A stretch of DNA of 64,000 nt from an uncultured Acetatifactor sp. (GTDB lineage Bacteria > Bacillota > Clostridia > Lachnospirales > Lachnospiraceae), in contig CAYZAU010000011.1 in the NCBI GenBank assembly GCA_964475665.1, positions 3,520 to 67,519 of the forward strand, written 5' to 3'. The position numbers were made by a program, and so were the translations under genes. Below, piece after piece: positions 9,456 to 19,988 of the stretch. The notes below the pieces were generated by a model that saw nothing but the letters and a program-made list of their open reading frames with translations, did no database searches and was not told the DNA's origin. How positions within the stretch are numbered: the first letter of the stretch is position 1; each line of letters opens with the position of its first letter.

Positions 9456-11174
9456 ATGAATTTGAAGAAAAAGAAGGGTATGGGAATCGGCATCCGGCTG
9501 ATGATGATTGCAGCGATTCCCGTTATTGTCGTATCACTCACTTGGCTTAATTCCGGTGGAGACAGCCTGAAGGACGGGATGAGTCAGGAGGAGCTGCACG
9601 GTCTGGAGCTGACGGCACGCGCGGTAAAGGCAGGCTTCAGCAATCTTGACGGAGACTTTTATCTGGATGAAAACAACAACCTCTGGAAAGGCAGCATCAA
9701 TCTTTCCGCTAATCCGGATCAGATAGACAAGTTTGTGGAGGGCTCTTCGGCAGAGGTGACAATCTGCATCGGTAAGACGCGCAGGCTGACCACGCTGGTT
9801 GACCACTCGATGGGTCAGAAAATTATCGGGACGGATGTATCGGACGCGGTCTGGAATACCGTTTCTACGGGTAAGGTATATGAGGCGGAGGACCTTGTGA
9901 TTAACGGGGATGACTACTCCGCATGCTACATTCCGCTGGAGGATGCGAGCGGTAAGGTCATCGGTATGGTGTTTGCGGGTGAGCCGACGACGCAGATTCA
10001 GTCCTTCATTCAGTCAAGCATCCTGAAGTTTGCCATCGCTACCATGGTGATTATGGGCATAGTGGTACTGATTGACATATATGTGTGCGGACGGATTTCA
10101 AAAAGCATAGTTCTGGCGGAGGAGCCTCTGACAAAGCTGTCGGAGGGAGACTTAAGCGTACAGGTGAGTGAAAAGGTTCTGAGGCGCAGCGACGAAATCG
10201 GCTCCATGGGCAGGGCGACGCAGAATGTGCTCGCCAAGCTGAGGGAGATTGTCGGCGGCCTGCAGCAGACGGCGGTCAGCCTGCATGAGGCGGGAGCGGC
10301 ACTGGATTCCATGGCGCAGACCTCCAGCAACGCAACGGAGGAAATCAGTCGTGCCGTGGAGGATATCTCCAAGGGTGCGGTATCTCAGGCGGAGGAGATT
10401 GAGTCTGCATCCGCAGAGATTTCCGGCATGGGTCAGATGATAGAAGAAATTGTGCAGAACGTGGGCAGTCTGACGGAGACCTCGAAGAGCATGAGCGCGG
10501 CGGGAGATGCCTCCACTAAGACGATGGTAAACTTAAGTGAGTCTAACGACCGTACCTCGGCGGCAATTACGGGTATCGGTGAGCAGATTCGCCTGACGGA
10601 TGAGGCTACCAAGAGAATCAGCGAGGCGACGGAGCTGATTACCTCCATCGCTTCCCAGACTAATCTGCTTTCCTTAAATGCCTCCATAGAGTCTGCGAGA
10701 GCGGGCGAGGCGGGAAGAGGCTTTGCGGTTGTGGCTACAGAGATTCAGAAGCTGGCATTGCAGTCGAATGACGCGGCAGTGGAAATTCGGCAGATTATCG
10801 ACTCCCTGCTGACAGAGTCCGCGAAGACGATGGAGCAGATGAGAGAGGCGGAGTTGCTCATGAAGGAGCAGCAGGAGAAGCTGGACGAGACGAAGGGAAA
10901 ATTCGGCGAGGTCAGCGACGGTATCAGTGTGTCAAGGGAGGGAACGGAAAGGATTCGTGTTTCCGCAGATTCCTGCGACGGCGCGAGGGCGACGGTTATG
11001 GATGTGATTTCCAACCTTTCCGCAATTTCGGAAGAGAATGCGGCTTCCTCTGAGGAGACGACAGCCTCTATGCAGGAGCTGAATGCAACACTCAGTATGC
11101 TGGCAAACAAGGCAGGAGAGCTGATGCAGATTTCCGAGGCGCTGAATCAGGAAATGAAGTTCTTTAAAATGTAA
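9456..11174 (+). CDS. Methyl-accepting chemotaxis protein (Cache-like sensor, HAMP, signalling domain)
   Basis: [37 protein letters not shown] signature; two TM segments; SD AGGAGG before ATG 9456. Confidence 0.95.
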   Translation: MNLKKKKGMGIGIRLMMIAAIPVIVVSLTWLNSGGDSLKDGMSQEELHGLELTARAVKAGFSNLDGDFYLDENNNLWKGSINLSANPDQIDKFVEGSSAEVTICIGKTRRLTTLVDHSMGQKIIGTDVSDAVWNTVSTGKVYEAEDLVINGDDYSACYIPLEDASGKVIGMVFAGEPTTQIQSFIQSSILKFAIATMVIMGIVVLIDIYVCGRISKSIVLAEEPLTKLSEGDLSVQVSEKVLRRSDEIGSMGRATQNVLAKLREIVGGLQQTAVSLHEAGAALDSMAQTSSNATEEISRAVEDISKGAVSQAEEIESASAEISGMGQMIEEIVQNVGSLTETSKSMSAAGDASTKTMVNLSESNDRTSAAITGIGEQIRLTDEATKRISEATELITSIASQTNLLSLNASIESARAGEAGRGFAVVATEIQKLALQSNDAAVEIRQIIDSLLTESAKTMEQMREAELLMKEQQEKLDETKGKFGEVSDGISVSREGTERIRVSADSCDGARATVMDVISNLSAISEENAASSEETTASMQELNATLSMLANKAGELMQISEALNQEMKFFKM

Positions 11175-11195
11175 AAATTATGTTCGGTGTAGGTT

Positions 11196-11858
11196 ATGAG
11201 AATAGAACGTGTGGATGACAAAACGGTGAAATGCTTTCTGTCCAACGAGGAGCTGGAGCAGTATCATATCGATTACAAGGATTTTGTAATGCGGAATGAA
11301 AAGGCGAAGGAGGTTGTGCAGGAAATTATTGTACAGGCGGAGGAAGAGGTGGGCTATAAGCCGCCGAAATTTGCCTTTGATTTGCAGATTATGGTGATAC
11401 CCGAGGAGGGGCTGCTTTTGACCTTCTCGGAGAAGGAGCCGGACGGCGAGCAGCTGATGGAATGTCTGCGGGAGATGCGGGCGGCGCTGCAGCAGGCGAG
11501 AGAGACGATAGGAGCTTCGGGACAGCCGCAGCAGCGGGAGGAGAAAACGTCCCAAAAGCAGAAGACGCAGCTGCCGGAATTTGCCGCCTTTACCTTCTTG
11601 AGACTGCGGGACGTGCTGGACTATGCGGCTGTGCTGCCGGGGAATCTCCGGGTGGAGAGTGAGCTGCATGAGCTGCAGGGCGTGTATTATCTGATTCTTA
11701 AGAAGGGGCATGCCTCCTACCAGAGGTACAGCAGGGCATGTATACAGGCAATGGAGTTTGCCTGTCTGTACAGCGCGGAGGAAAACCGGCTGCAGGTTCT
11801 GAAGGAGTACGGTACCTGTCTGATTGCGGAAAAGGCAGTCAGGAAGCTCCGCGGTTAG
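11196..11858 (+). CDS. mecA: ClpC adaptor protein MecA
   Basis: N-terminus MRIERVDDKTVKCFLSNEEL and C-terminus LKEYGTCLIAEKAV match the MecA family pattern. Confidence 0.8.
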   Translation: MRIERVDDKTVKCFLSNEELEQYHIDYKDFVMRNEKAKEVVQEIIVQAEEEVGYKPPKFAFDLQIMVIPEEGLLLTFSEKEPDGEQLMECLREMRAALQQARETIGASGQPQQREEKTSQKQKTQLPEFAAFTFLRLRDVLDYAAVLPGNLRVESELHELQGVYYLILKKGHASYQRYSRACIQAMEFACLYSAEENRLQVLKEYGTCLIAEKAVRKLRG

Positions 11859-11887
11859 GCAGACGCAGCGGGCAAGGCAGAAATTCC

Positions 11888-11917
11888 TTGACAAAGTGGT
11901 GCATCCTGCACTACAAT
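11888..11917 (+). promoter_or_regulatory. SigA-type promoter of the proS leader
   Basis: TTGACA-18 nt-TACAAT just upstream of the T-box leader. Confidence 0.7.
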
Positions 11918-11933
11918 CGTGTACATATCGGTG

Positions 11934-12202
11934 ACAGTGAAGAGGGTTAGTACGGATTGAAAGCATCCCAGAGAGAGAGCGGGTCGTCGGTCGGCAGAAA
12001 GCGGACGCGGGCGAGGCTGAGAGGCTCTTATGCGGAAGGTCGGGAACCTGCCTCGGAGTCTCTGTCTGAGGCGATGGCGTATGCCGGAGGGAAAGACAGC
12101 GTAGGTCGGCGTTAACGGCAGAAGAGAGGATGCGAGGCATCAATTAGGGTGGCACCGCCGGATTTTCGGTCCCTTGGGGGAGTGAAGATTCGGCGGTTTT
12201 TT
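11934..12202 (+). ncRNA. T-box riboswitch (Pro specifier) with terminator
   Basis: AGTA and AGAGA boxes, GGCTGAGAG distal-loop motif (12015-12023), specifier GAA-CCT (CCT = Pro, 12047-12049), T-box AATTAGGGTGGCACCGCC (12142-12159), terminator ACCGCCGGATTTTC...GAAGATTCGGCGGT + T tract; upstream of proS. Confidence 0.92.
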
Positions 12203-12271
12203 GCGGGAAGCCTGCCATGAGGGCGAAAAATTCCCGTGAAGCAAAAAGCACGCCGTGCGGCATCCCACACA

Positions 12272-12385
12272 GAAGCGGAAGATGTTCCGGGGCTTGAGAA
12301 AGCGACCGAGCCAGAAGAGGAAGGTGTTCCGGGGCTTGAGAAAGCGACTGAGCCGGAAGCGGAAAGCGCTCCGGGGCTTGAGAAA
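12272..12385 (+). repeat. Tandem repeat, 42 bp x ~2.7, between T-box terminator and proS RBS
   Basis: Unit approx GAAGCGGAAGATGTTCCGGGGCTTGAGAAAGCGACCGAGCCA; core TCCGGGGCTTGAGAAA occurs three times at 42-bp spacing. Confidence 0.9.
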
Positions 12386-12432
12386 AGAGCCAGGCGAGCC
12401 GCGGCAGAAGCGGCAGAAAAGAGGAGAAGAAG

Positions 12433-13869
12433 ATGGCAGACAACAAGAAGATGGTGGAAGAAATTACATCCATGGACGTGGATTTCGCCCAGTGGTACAC
12501 GGATGTTGTGAAAAAGGCGGAGCTTTGTGACTATACCTCCGTCAAGGGCTGTATGGTTATTAAGCCTGCGGGCTACGCAATCTGGGAGCTGATTCAGAAG
12601 GAGCTGGATGCACGCTTTAAGGCGACAGGAGTGGAGAATGTATACCTTCCCATGTTCATTCCGGAGAGTCTGCTGGAGAAGGAGAAGGATCATGTGGAGG
12701 GCTTTGCTCCCGAGGTGGCGTGGGTGACTCAGGGAGGTCTGCAGCCCCTGCAGGAGAGGCTGTGCGTGCGCCCTACCTCTGAGACCCTGTTTTGTGATTT
12801 CTATAAGAATGATATTCATTCCTATCGGGATTTGCCCCGTGTTTATAACCAGTGGTGCTCCGTGGTGCGTTGGGAAAAGGAGACAAGACCTTTCCTGCGT
12901 TCCAGAGAGTTTTTGTGGCAGGAGGGTCATACCGCACATGCGACGGCAGCTGAGGCGGAGGAAAGAACCGTGCAGATGCTGAACGTCTATGCGGATTTTC
13001 TGGAGCAGGTGCTGGCAATCCCTGTGGTAAAGGGGCAGAAAACCGAGAAGGAAAAATTTGCGGGAGCAGAGGCAACCTATACCGTGGAGGCACTGATGCA
13101 CGACGGAAAGGCATTACAGTCCGGCACGAGCCATAACTTTGGTGACGGCTTTGCCAAAGCCTTCGGCATACAGTTTGCCGACAGGGACAACACCCTGAAG
13201 CATGTTTATCAGACCTCCTGGGGAATGACGACGAGAACCATCGGAGCCCTGATTATGGTACATGGAGACAATGAGGGGCTGGTGCTTCCTCCCAGAGTGG
13301 CGCCGATTCAGATTTGCATTATTCCCATCCAGCAGAAGAAGGAGGGTGTTCTGGATAAGGCGTATGAGCTTTGCGACAGATTAAAGAAGAATTTCCGCGT
13401 GAAGGTGGATGATTCCGAAAAGACTCCCGGTTACAAGTTTGCAGAGGCTGAGATGCGCGGTTACCCTATCCGCGTAGAAATCGGCCCGAAGGATATTGAG
13501 GCGGGAAAATGCGTTATCTGCCGCCGGGATACCAGAGAGAAGCTGGAGGTTTCCCTGGAGGAGCTTGAGGAAAAGGCTCTTGAGCTAATGGAGACGATTC
13601 AGAAGGAGATGCTGGAGCGGGCAAGGGCACACCGCGACGCTCATACCTATACAGCCGCTGATATGGAAGAATTTGAGCGTCTGTTTGCGGAGAAATCGGG
13701 CTTTGTGAAGGCAATGTGGTGCGGAGAGCGGGAGTGCGAGGATAAAATCAAGGAAAAGCTCAGCGTTACCAGCCGCTGCATCCCCTTTGAGCAGGAGCAT
13801 ATCGCGGATACCTGTGTCTGCTGTGGAAGACCTGCGAAAAAGATGGTATACTGGGGAAGAGCCTACTAG
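12433..13869 (+). CDS. proS: Proline--tRNA ligase (archaeal/eukaryote-like type)
   Basis: [49 protein letters not shown]-terminal GRAY; Pro T-box upstream. Confidence 0.97.
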   Translation: MADNKKMVEEITSMDVDFAQWYTDVVKKAELCDYTSVKGCMVIKPAGYAIWELIQKELDARFKATGVENVYLPMFIPESLLEKEKDHVEGFAPEVAWVTQGGLQPLQERLCVRPTSETLFCDFYKNDIHSYRDLPRVYNQWCSVVRWEKETRPFLRSREFLWQEGHTAHATAAEAEERTVQMLNVYADFLEQVLAIPVVKGQKTEKEKFAGAEATYTVEALMHDGKALQSGTSHNFGDGFAKAFGIQFADRDNTLKHVYQTSWGMTTRTIGALIMVHGDNEGLVLPPRVAPIQICIIPIQQKKEGVLDKAYELCDRLKKNFRVKVDDSEKTPGYKFAEAEMRGYPIRVEIGPKDIEAGKCVICRRDTREKLEVSLEELEEKALELMETIQKEMLERARAHRDAHTYTAADMEEFERLFAEKSGFVKAMWCGERECEDKIKEKLSVTSRCIPFEQEHIADTCVCCGRPAKKMVYWGRAY

Positions 13870-13958
13870 TGCGCAGGCTTCGCACACGAACAACGCAAGT
13901 GCAACGTTTTTCACAATTGTTTGTGTCGCCACCAAAGGCGGCGGAATGGAGGGCTAAT

Positions 13959-14822
13959 GTGATTAATCAAACATTTCCCGTCCGGGCAGAGGGAAGTCTG
14001 CCGCAGACGGAGCTTGTGACCTATATTCAGGATTATTATCCGGAGATAAATATTCAGACCAGACCGCTGGTGCTGATTTGCCCCGGCGGGGCATACGCTT
14101 ATACCTCTCCCAGAGAGGCAGAAGCCTTTGCCATGCAGTTTCTTGCCATGGGCTGTCATGCCGCCGTGCTGAAATATTCCTGCGCGCCGGCGGTGTATCC
14201 GACGGCGCTGACTGAGCTGGCTCTTTCGGTGAAGCTGCTGAGGGAGCACGCGGAGGAATGGCGCATAGATAAGCTGATTGTGCTGGGATGCTCCGCGGGA
14301 GGGCATCTTGCGGCAAGCCTCGGCGTGTTCTGGGATGAGGATTTTCTGGCGAAGGCGGTTGGAATCCGCGCGTCCGAAAAGGAGCTGCTTCGCCCGGACG
14401 GCATGATACTCTGTTACCCGGTGATTACCTCCGGAGAGTATGCGCACAGAGGATCCATGGATAATCTGCTGGGAGCGGACAGATGTCGGGATGAGGGATG
14501 GCTGGCTAAGATGTCACTGGAGAACCATGTCAGCGAAAAGACGCCGAAGGCCTTTATCTGGCATACCTATACGGACGGCTCTGTCCCGGTGGAAAACTCC
14601 CTGATGCTTGTCAGTGCTCTGCGCAGGGCGGGAGTCAACACGGAGTTTCATATGTATCCGGCGGGAGGACATGGTCTTGGTCTGGCGAACCGCCTGACAC
14701 AGAACCAGGGGAATTCTGCCGCTCAGGAGGAGTGCACTACCTGGATTTCTCTGGTAAAAACCTGGATTGAAAAGCAGTTTGTGGAGAAGAATACCAATCA
14801 GAATGTGGATTCGCTGAGCTGA
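13959..14822 (+). CDS. Alpha/beta hydrolase (esterase/lipase-like)
   Basis: ICPGGAY oxyanion motif, GCSAGGHLA nucleophile elbow, DGSVP, GGHGLG; GTG start after GGAGGG. Confidence 0.88.
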   Translation: MINQTFPVRAEGSLPQTELVTYIQDYYPEINIQTRPLVLICPGGAYAYTSPREAEAFAMQFLAMGCHAAVLKYSCAPAVYPTALTELALSVKLLREHAEEWRIDKLIVLGCSAGGHLAASLGVFWDEDFLAKAVGIRASEKELLRPDGMILCYPVITSGEYAHRGSMDNLLGADRCRDEGWLAKMSLENHVSEKTPKAFIWHTYTDGSVPVENSLMLVSALRRAGVNTEFHMYPAGGHGLGLANRLTQNQGNSAAQEECTTWISLVKTWIEKQFVEKNTNQNVDSLS

Positions 14823-14886
14823 GGTTGCTTCCGCCCCTTTGTTGCGCGATTCTTTGAGCAGATATGCTCTCAAAGCGAGGAGAAAC

Positions 14887-15846
14887 ATGAATTATATTGT
14901 CTTGGATCTGGAATGGAATCAGAGCAATACGGGGCTGGAAGAAGAGACTGCCGCTATCCCCTTTGAAATCATCGAGATAGGCGCCATCAAACTAAATGAC
15001 ACCGGTGTCATGGTGGGAGAATTCAGCCGGCTGATTAAGCCGCAGGTCTATCAGGAGCTGAATCGGATTACCAGCAGGCTGATTCATCTGCAAATGCAGG
15101 AGCTGGAGAGGGGCAGACCCTTTGAAGAGGTGACAGGGGAATTCTTAAAGTGGTGCGGAGAGGAGCCATATCAGTTCTGCACATGGGGAAATCTGGATTT
15201 GATTGAGCTGCAGCGGAATATGCGTTTTTATCATATGCCGCCACTCTCGGACAGACCGATTCCCTTTCTGGACGTGCAGAAGCTTTTCAGTTATGCCTAT
15301 GAGGACGGAAGAACAAAAAGGGCATTGGAGTACGCGGTGGATGCAAAGGGGCTGGAGAAGGATATTCCCTTTCACCGGGCGTTCAGTGATGCCTACTATA
15401 CGGCACAGCTTTTCGGACTGATTATGCGTGAAGCCCCCGGAGTGCTTGAAAAGGTTTCCTATGATGTGTTTCACCCGCCGTTTTCGAGAGAGACGGAGGT
15501 TAAGGTACAGTTTGACAGCTATGCAAAGTATATTTCGCGGGAGTTTGCGGATAAAGCGGAGGCGCTGGCAGACAGGGAGGTTTCCTCCAGTAAATGCTAC
15601 CTCTGCCACAGGAATCTGAGGAAGAAGCTCAGGTGGTTTACCCCGAATGGCAGGAACTACTATTGCCTTGCCTTCTGCGAAAAGCACGGGTATCTGAAGG
15701 GGAAAATCCGAATCCGAAGGTCGGAGAGCTCGGAGAATGGCGGCATATATGTGGTTAAGACAACCCGGCTGATTACGTGGCAGGAGGCAGAGCTTTTGAA
15801 GGAGCGCCGTCAACGCATCAGGAAGCAGAGAAGATATCATTTGTAG
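14887..15846 (+). CDS. DEDDh 3'-5' exonuclease with C-terminal Cys/His cluster
   Basis: YIVLDLEWNQ, EIIEIGAIK, FHRAFSDAYYT; C-terminal CYLC...C...CEKHG. Confidence 0.85.
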   Translation: MNYIVLDLEWNQSNTGLEEETAAIPFEIIEIGAIKLNDTGVMVGEFSRLIKPQVYQELNRITSRLIHLQMQELERGRPFEEVTGEFLKWCGEEPYQFCTWGNLDLIELQRNMRFYHMPPLSDRPIPFLDVQKLFSYAYEDGRTKRALEYAVDAKGLEKDIPFHRAFSDAYYTAQLFGLIMREAPGVLEKVSYDVFHPPFSRETEVKVQFDSYAKYISREFADKAEALADREVSSSKCYLCHRNLRKKLRWFTPNGRNYYCLAFCEKHGYLKGKIRIRRSESSENGGIYVVKTTRLITWQEAELLKERRQRIRKQRRYHL

Positions 15847-15855
15847 GAGGGAATA

Positions 15856-17322
15856 TTACCACCTACGCCTGCGACGGTCTCTGCGGCGGTCTCTGCGCCA
15901 GCTTCGGCGGCTGCTTTTGCCGGAGAAAGCATAATTTTTCAAAAAAAGGCGCAAAAGCAGTACGATACCGACAAGAACGGCAACGGCGGCTGCTGCAGCA
16001 GCAAACCGCAGCGGATTGACAAAAATGACGGGAGAAGACTCCTCCTGTGTTTCTTCGGAGCCAGCTGTGTCCGCGGGGAGGGTGTCAAACAGATAGGAGC
16101 CGCCTCTGCTTTCCGCAAAGTTTACCCTCACAGAGCCGATACAGACATCGTGATAGGTATAGGTGATGATGGCAGCCTCCCCTTCGGTGGCGGTCTCGTA
16201 GGAGATGGAGGACTCGGTATCCTCAAAGGAGGCGGTGCGCGGCAGCACGATAAAGTCATTCCTGTTCAGGGTAAGGAAGGGACTGGAGCTGCCGAAAATA
16301 TCATTTCCTCCGTAAAAGAGACCGTCGTTTTCTATGCTGTACTTCGTTTCCGTCTGGGAGACATTTATCTTTTCAAAGTTGGAGAAGCCGTAGTTAAAGA
16401 GGGAGATTGTGTCCTCGTACTGGTAAGGGCTTTCATCCTTCAGAACAACACAAATCAGCTTCATCCCATCCTTTTCTGCACAGGAGACAAGACAGTATCT
16501 GGCAGAGCTTGTATATCCGGTCTTACAGCCAACCAGGTATTCGTAGGCATATTCACCGCCGGGAATGATTTTCATCTGGTTTACCTCAAGCTTACCCAAC
16601 GGAAGCTTGTCTGTGGCGGGAAATTCCATTCGTCTTGTCGTAGTAATTCTGCACAGCAATTCATTAGAGAAAAAGGCTCTGGCAATCATGGCAAGGTCAT
16701 AGGCGGTGGTGTAATGATTTTCGTCGGGAAGCCCGTTGGGATTTGCAAAGTTTGAGTTTATGCATCCGAGCTCAGTCGCACGCTCATTCATCATTTCCGC
16801 AAACACGGACCAGTCCGTTGTACCGGTGATATGCTCTGCCACTGCGAAGCACACCTCATTTGCAGAGCGGATGAGGATGGCGTTCAGACACTGCTCCAGC
16901 GTGAGCTCCTGACCGACATCCATGGCGATGTGGCTGCTGTCGCGGGGCGTGTCAAAGACGGCATCGTGAGAAAAGGAAACTATCTCGTCCATATCGCAGA
17001 GCTCGCTTGCCATCAGGGTAGTGAGTATCTTGGTGGTGCTGGCGGGATACTCCTGCTGGTGGATGTTCTTTTCGTACAGGATGACACCGGTTTCCGCCTC
17101 GATGAGGATAGCGGCCTCTGCGCTGACGACAGGCCCGGTCGGCCAGTTCGGTACCTGATTGGAAGCAATCGGCAGCAGGCGGTTCTGCTGCAGCCGCTCC
17201 TCAGGGGTGATGCTGTCAGCCATGGCAATGACACCATGCGACAAAAAGAGACTGCCGGTACAGACTGCCGCCAGCAGAATCGTCATACATTGTCTGAGTT
17301 TTCGGCTGAAAAAAGCTCTCAT
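15856..17322 (-). CDS. D-alanyl-D-alanine carboxypeptidase (peptidase S11) with C-terminal TM anchor
   Basis: PASTTKILT (SxxK), SAN (SxN), GCKTGYT (KTG); N-terminal signal; C-terminal TM followed by Arg-rich tail. Confidence 0.92.
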   Translation of the reverse strand: MRAFFSRKLRQCMTILLAAVCTGSLFLSHGVIAMADSITPEERLQQNRLLPIASNQVPNWPTGPVVSAEAAILIEAETGVILYEKNIHQQEYPASTTKILTTLMASELCDMDEIVSFSHDAVFDTPRDSSHIAMDVGQELTLEQCLNAILIRSANEVCFAVAEHITGTTDWSVFAEMMNERATELGCINSNFANPNGLPDENHYTTAYDLAMIARAFFSNELLCRITTTRRMEFPATDKLPLGKLEVNQMKIIPGGEYAYEYLVGCKTGYTSSARYCLVSCAEKDGMKLICVVLKDESPYQYEDTISLFNYGFSNFEKINVSQTETKYSIENDGLFYGGNDIFGSSSPFLTLNRNDFIVLPRTASFEDTESSISYETATEGEAAIITYTYHDVCIGSVRVNFAESRGGSYLFDTLPADTAGSEETQEESSPVIFVNPLRFAAAAAAVAVLVGIVLLLRLFLKNYAFSGKSSRRSWRRDRRRDRRRRRW

Positions 17323-17440
17323 GAAAAATGCCCCCTGATTTTGCTTTTTATTATACACTATATTTGTAAAAACCCAAAGAAATTTATTGTGTTTTTTGGC
17401 GTGTGCCCTTCCGTGGGTCTGCTTTTAAGCCTCCAATGTA

Positions 17441-17469
17441 TTGATGAAAAGCAAAAGGAATGCTATGAT
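17441..17469 (+). promoter_or_regulatory. SigA-type promoter with extended -10
   Basis: TTGATG-17 nt-TATGAT with TG at 17461-17462. Confidence 0.6.
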
Positions 17470-17498
17470 AAGGAAAACACTTAACGGAGGGATACGGG

Positions 17499-17825
17499 AT
17501 GGCTGATTTTGGCATAAATGAGATGCAGGAAATGCAAAAAAAACTACAGGATAAGTATAAAGATAAGTGGGGAGAACTCAATCCGGAAACAGGAAAGAAC
17601 CAGCTGCTCTGGATGATTGGTGAAATAGGTGAGGTGATTGATATCGTCAAGAAAAATGGCGGCGGGAAAGCCTCTACGGATGAAGAGCTGAGAAAGGATC
17701 TTATTGAGGAAATGGCAGATGTCCTTATGTATTATAACGATGTAATGCTTTGCTATGGAATTACTGCTGACGAATTGAAGGAATCGTATGCGAGAAAATT
17801 TGAAAAGAATATGAAGCGCTGGTAA
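17499..17825 (+). CDS. MazG-like nucleotide pyrophosphohydrolase (single domain)
   Basis: GEIGEVIDIVKK...LIEEMADVLMY acidic metal-binding motifs; SD GGAGG. Confidence 0.85.
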   Translation: MADFGINEMQEMQKKLQDKYKDKWGELNPETGKNQLLWMIGEIGEVIDIVKKNGGGKASTDEELRKDLIEEMADVLMYYNDVMLCYGITADELKESYARKFEKNMKRW

Positions 17826-17864
17826 GTCCAATACAGTATAAACGTTCTCGGAATGGAGATAGAT

Positions 17865-18509
17865 ATGAGATTACGGAATGTTACAGGCTCGCGGGAGGTG
17901 ATTGCCGCAAGCCCATATGTGGTACAGGAGGAGGTACAGCCTCTGACACCCGGTACATGGCATGAAATTTTTGGGAATGAAAATCCGATTCATGTAGAGA
18001 TAGGAATGGGAAAGGGCAGATTTATCCATACTATGGCTAAGGAGCACCCTGAAATCAATTATGTGGGGATTGAGAAGTATTCCAGTGTGCTGCTTAGGGC
18101 AATTCAGAAGATGGAGCAGGAGGAGCTTCCCAATTTAAAATTTCTGCGCATGGACGCGGAGGACATTGTCAAGGTGTTTGGAGCGGAGGAGATAGATAAG
18201 CTTTATCTGAATTTCTCTGACCCATGGCCGAAGGACAGGCATGCCAAGCGTCGCCTGCCGTCCAGGGAATTTCTTGCCCGGTATGATGTCATACTGAAAA
18301 AGGACGGCAGACTGGAATTTAAGACGGATAACAGAGAGCTGTTTGATTTCGCGGTGGAGGAGCTGGAGCCTGCCGGATGGACGGCGGAGGTCATTACTTA
18401 TGACCTGCATGCGGATGAAGGGCTGATGGAGGGGAACGTGATGACGGAATACGAGGAGAAGTTTTCCGCGCTCGGCAACCCCATCTGCAAGTATATCATA
18501 TACCGCTAA
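17865..18509 (+). CDS. trmB: tRNA (guanine-N7)-methyltransferase
   Basis: IHVEIGMGKGRF, YLNFSDPWPKDRHAKRRL, FKTDN, MTEYEEKF. Confidence 0.96.
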   Translation: MRLRNVTGSREVIAASPYVVQEEVQPLTPGTWHEIFGNENPIHVEIGMGKGRFIHTMAKEHPEINYVGIEKYSSVLLRAIQKMEQEELPNLKFLRMDAEDIVKVFGAEEIDKLYLNFSDPWPKDRHAKRRLPSREFLARYDVILKKDGRLEFKTDNRELFDFAVEELEPAGWTAEVITYDLHADEGLMEGNVMTEYEEKFSALGNPICKYIIYR

Positions 18510-18595
18510 CGGGGAGGCGAGCCCCCACCTGCGGACAAGCCTTCTGTTGCGTCCTCACGCGGGAAACCAAGGGAACGGTTAATCTTGCAGGCATC

Positions 18596-18763
18596 AAAAG
18601 GCTGCGGCGGGAAGAGGCTGCGACGGAAGAGGCTGTGGCGGGAAGAGGCTGCGGCGGGAAGAGGCTGCGGCGGAAGAGGCTGCGGCGGAAGAGGCTGCGG
18701 CGGAAGAGGCTGCGGCGGAAGAGGCTGCGGCGGGAAAAGGCTGCGGCAGAAGAGGCTGCAGTA
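18596..18763 (+). repeat. Tandem repeat, 15-16 bp x 11, immediately upstream of the trxA RBS
   Basis: Unit GAAGAGGCTGCGGCG(G), 11 consecutive copies with few substitutions. Confidence 0.95.
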
Positions 18764-18788
18764 GGGAAGAAAAGGAGGAGAGACAGAT

Positions 18789-19109
18789 ATGGAATACCAA
18801 TTTACGGAATCAAATTTCGAGGCGGAGGTTTTACAATCGGAGATGCCGGTGCTGGTGGATTTTTACGCCGACTGGTGCGGCCCCTGTAAGATGATGGCGC
18901 CCGTGGTGGAAAAGCTTGCAGCGGAATACGAGGGCAGAATCAGGGTGGGAAAGTGCAATGTGGATGAGAATATGCAGCTGGCACAGAGCTGGCGGGTGGC
19001 GAGCATCCCGACATTTCTGGTATTCAGGGACGGAAAGGCGGAGGCGACCTATACGGGGGCGATGTCCGCAACAGAGCTGAGGGCAAAGCTGGAACAGGCG
19101 CTGAACTGA
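18789..19109 (+). CDS. trxA: Thioredoxin
   Basis: VDFYADWCGPCKMMAP active site; SD AGGAGG. Confidence 0.96.
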   Translation: MEYQFTESNFEAEVLQSEMPVLVDFYADWCGPCKMMAPVVEKLAAEYEGRIRVGKCNVDENMQLAQSWRVASIPTFLVFRDGKAEATYTGAMSATELRAKLEQALN

Positions 19110-19110
19110 T

Positions 19111-19986
19111 ATGAAAAAGGAAAGATATCTTTACGAAGGAAAAAGAACTGCATTATGTATTCTGGGGGCTTTTTTGTACGCGGCGGGCATCAATCTCTTT
19201 GTGGTGCCGGCGGCGCTGTACACGGGCGGGGTTATGGGACTCTGCCAGATTATCCGGACACTGCTGACGGAGTTTTTCGGTCTGCAGTTTGGAGGCTTTG
19301 ACATTGCCGGCGTGATTTATTATGTCATCAATATCCCGCTGTTTGTCATTGCCTTTACGCGGATAGGACGGCGATTTTTTGCGAAGACGCTGGTTACCGT
19401 GACGGCGATGACGCTCTTTGTCTCCGTCATTCCCCCGGTGACGATTGTGGAGGATGCCATGGCGGCATGCGTGGTCGGCGGACTGATTTCCGGCGCGGGA
19501 GTGGGAATGATTCTGCGCATGGGTTCATCCGGCGGAGGAATGGACGTGGTGGGAGTGCTCCTGACGCGGTGGAGAAAGGACTTTAGCGTGGGCAGGGTAA
19601 ATCTGCTGGTGAACATGATTCTGTACGGCTCCTGCCTCTTTCTGTTCGATGTGGAGGTCGTAGTCTACTCTGTCATCTATGCGGCGGTCTACTCCCTTGC
19701 GATGGATAAGATGCACACGCAGAATATCAACGTTGAGGTCAACGTCATCACAAAGGCGGACACGGAGGCTCTGGAAAAGGAAGTATTTGAGGAGCTGGGA
19801 AGGGGCATCACAAAGTGGAAAACCACGGGAGCGTACACCAACGAGGAGTCCCATATTCTCTACATCATGCTCTCAAAATACGAGGTGAACAGGCTCAAGG
19901 CAATTATTCATAAATACGACCAGAGCGCGTTCATCGTGGTGAATGAGGGAGTCAGTGTGGACGGAAACTACTTAAAGAAGCTTTAG
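19111..19986 (+). CDS. YitT family membrane protein (C-terminal DUF2179-like domain)
   Basis: LYTGGVMG, INIPLF, GSSGGGMDV motifs; multiple TM segments; C-terminal RGIT...GAYT...D..AFI. Confidence 0.88.
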   Translation: MKKERYLYEGKRTALCILGAFLYAAGINLFVVPAALYTGGVMGLCQIIRTLLTEFFGLQFGGFDIAGVIYYVINIPLFVIAFTRIGRRFFAKTLVTVTAMTLFVSVIPPVTIVEDAMAACVVGGLISGAGVGMILRMGSSGGGMDVVGVLLTRWRKDFSVGRVNLLVNMILYGSCLFLFDVEVVVYSVIYAAVYSLAMDKMHTQNINVEVNVITKADTEALEKEVFEELGRGITKWKTTGAYTNEESHILYIMLSKYEVNRLKAIIHKYDQSAFIVVNEGVSVDGNYLKKL

Positions 19987-19988
19987 TC

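Noticed and set aside
12236-12530. Repeat-encoded ORFs in leaders (12236-12511, 18635-18889, 49432-49779, 49538-49795)
   Set aside because: Openness follows from stop-free purine-rich repeats; no convincing SD, and most overlap the real downstream gene out of frame
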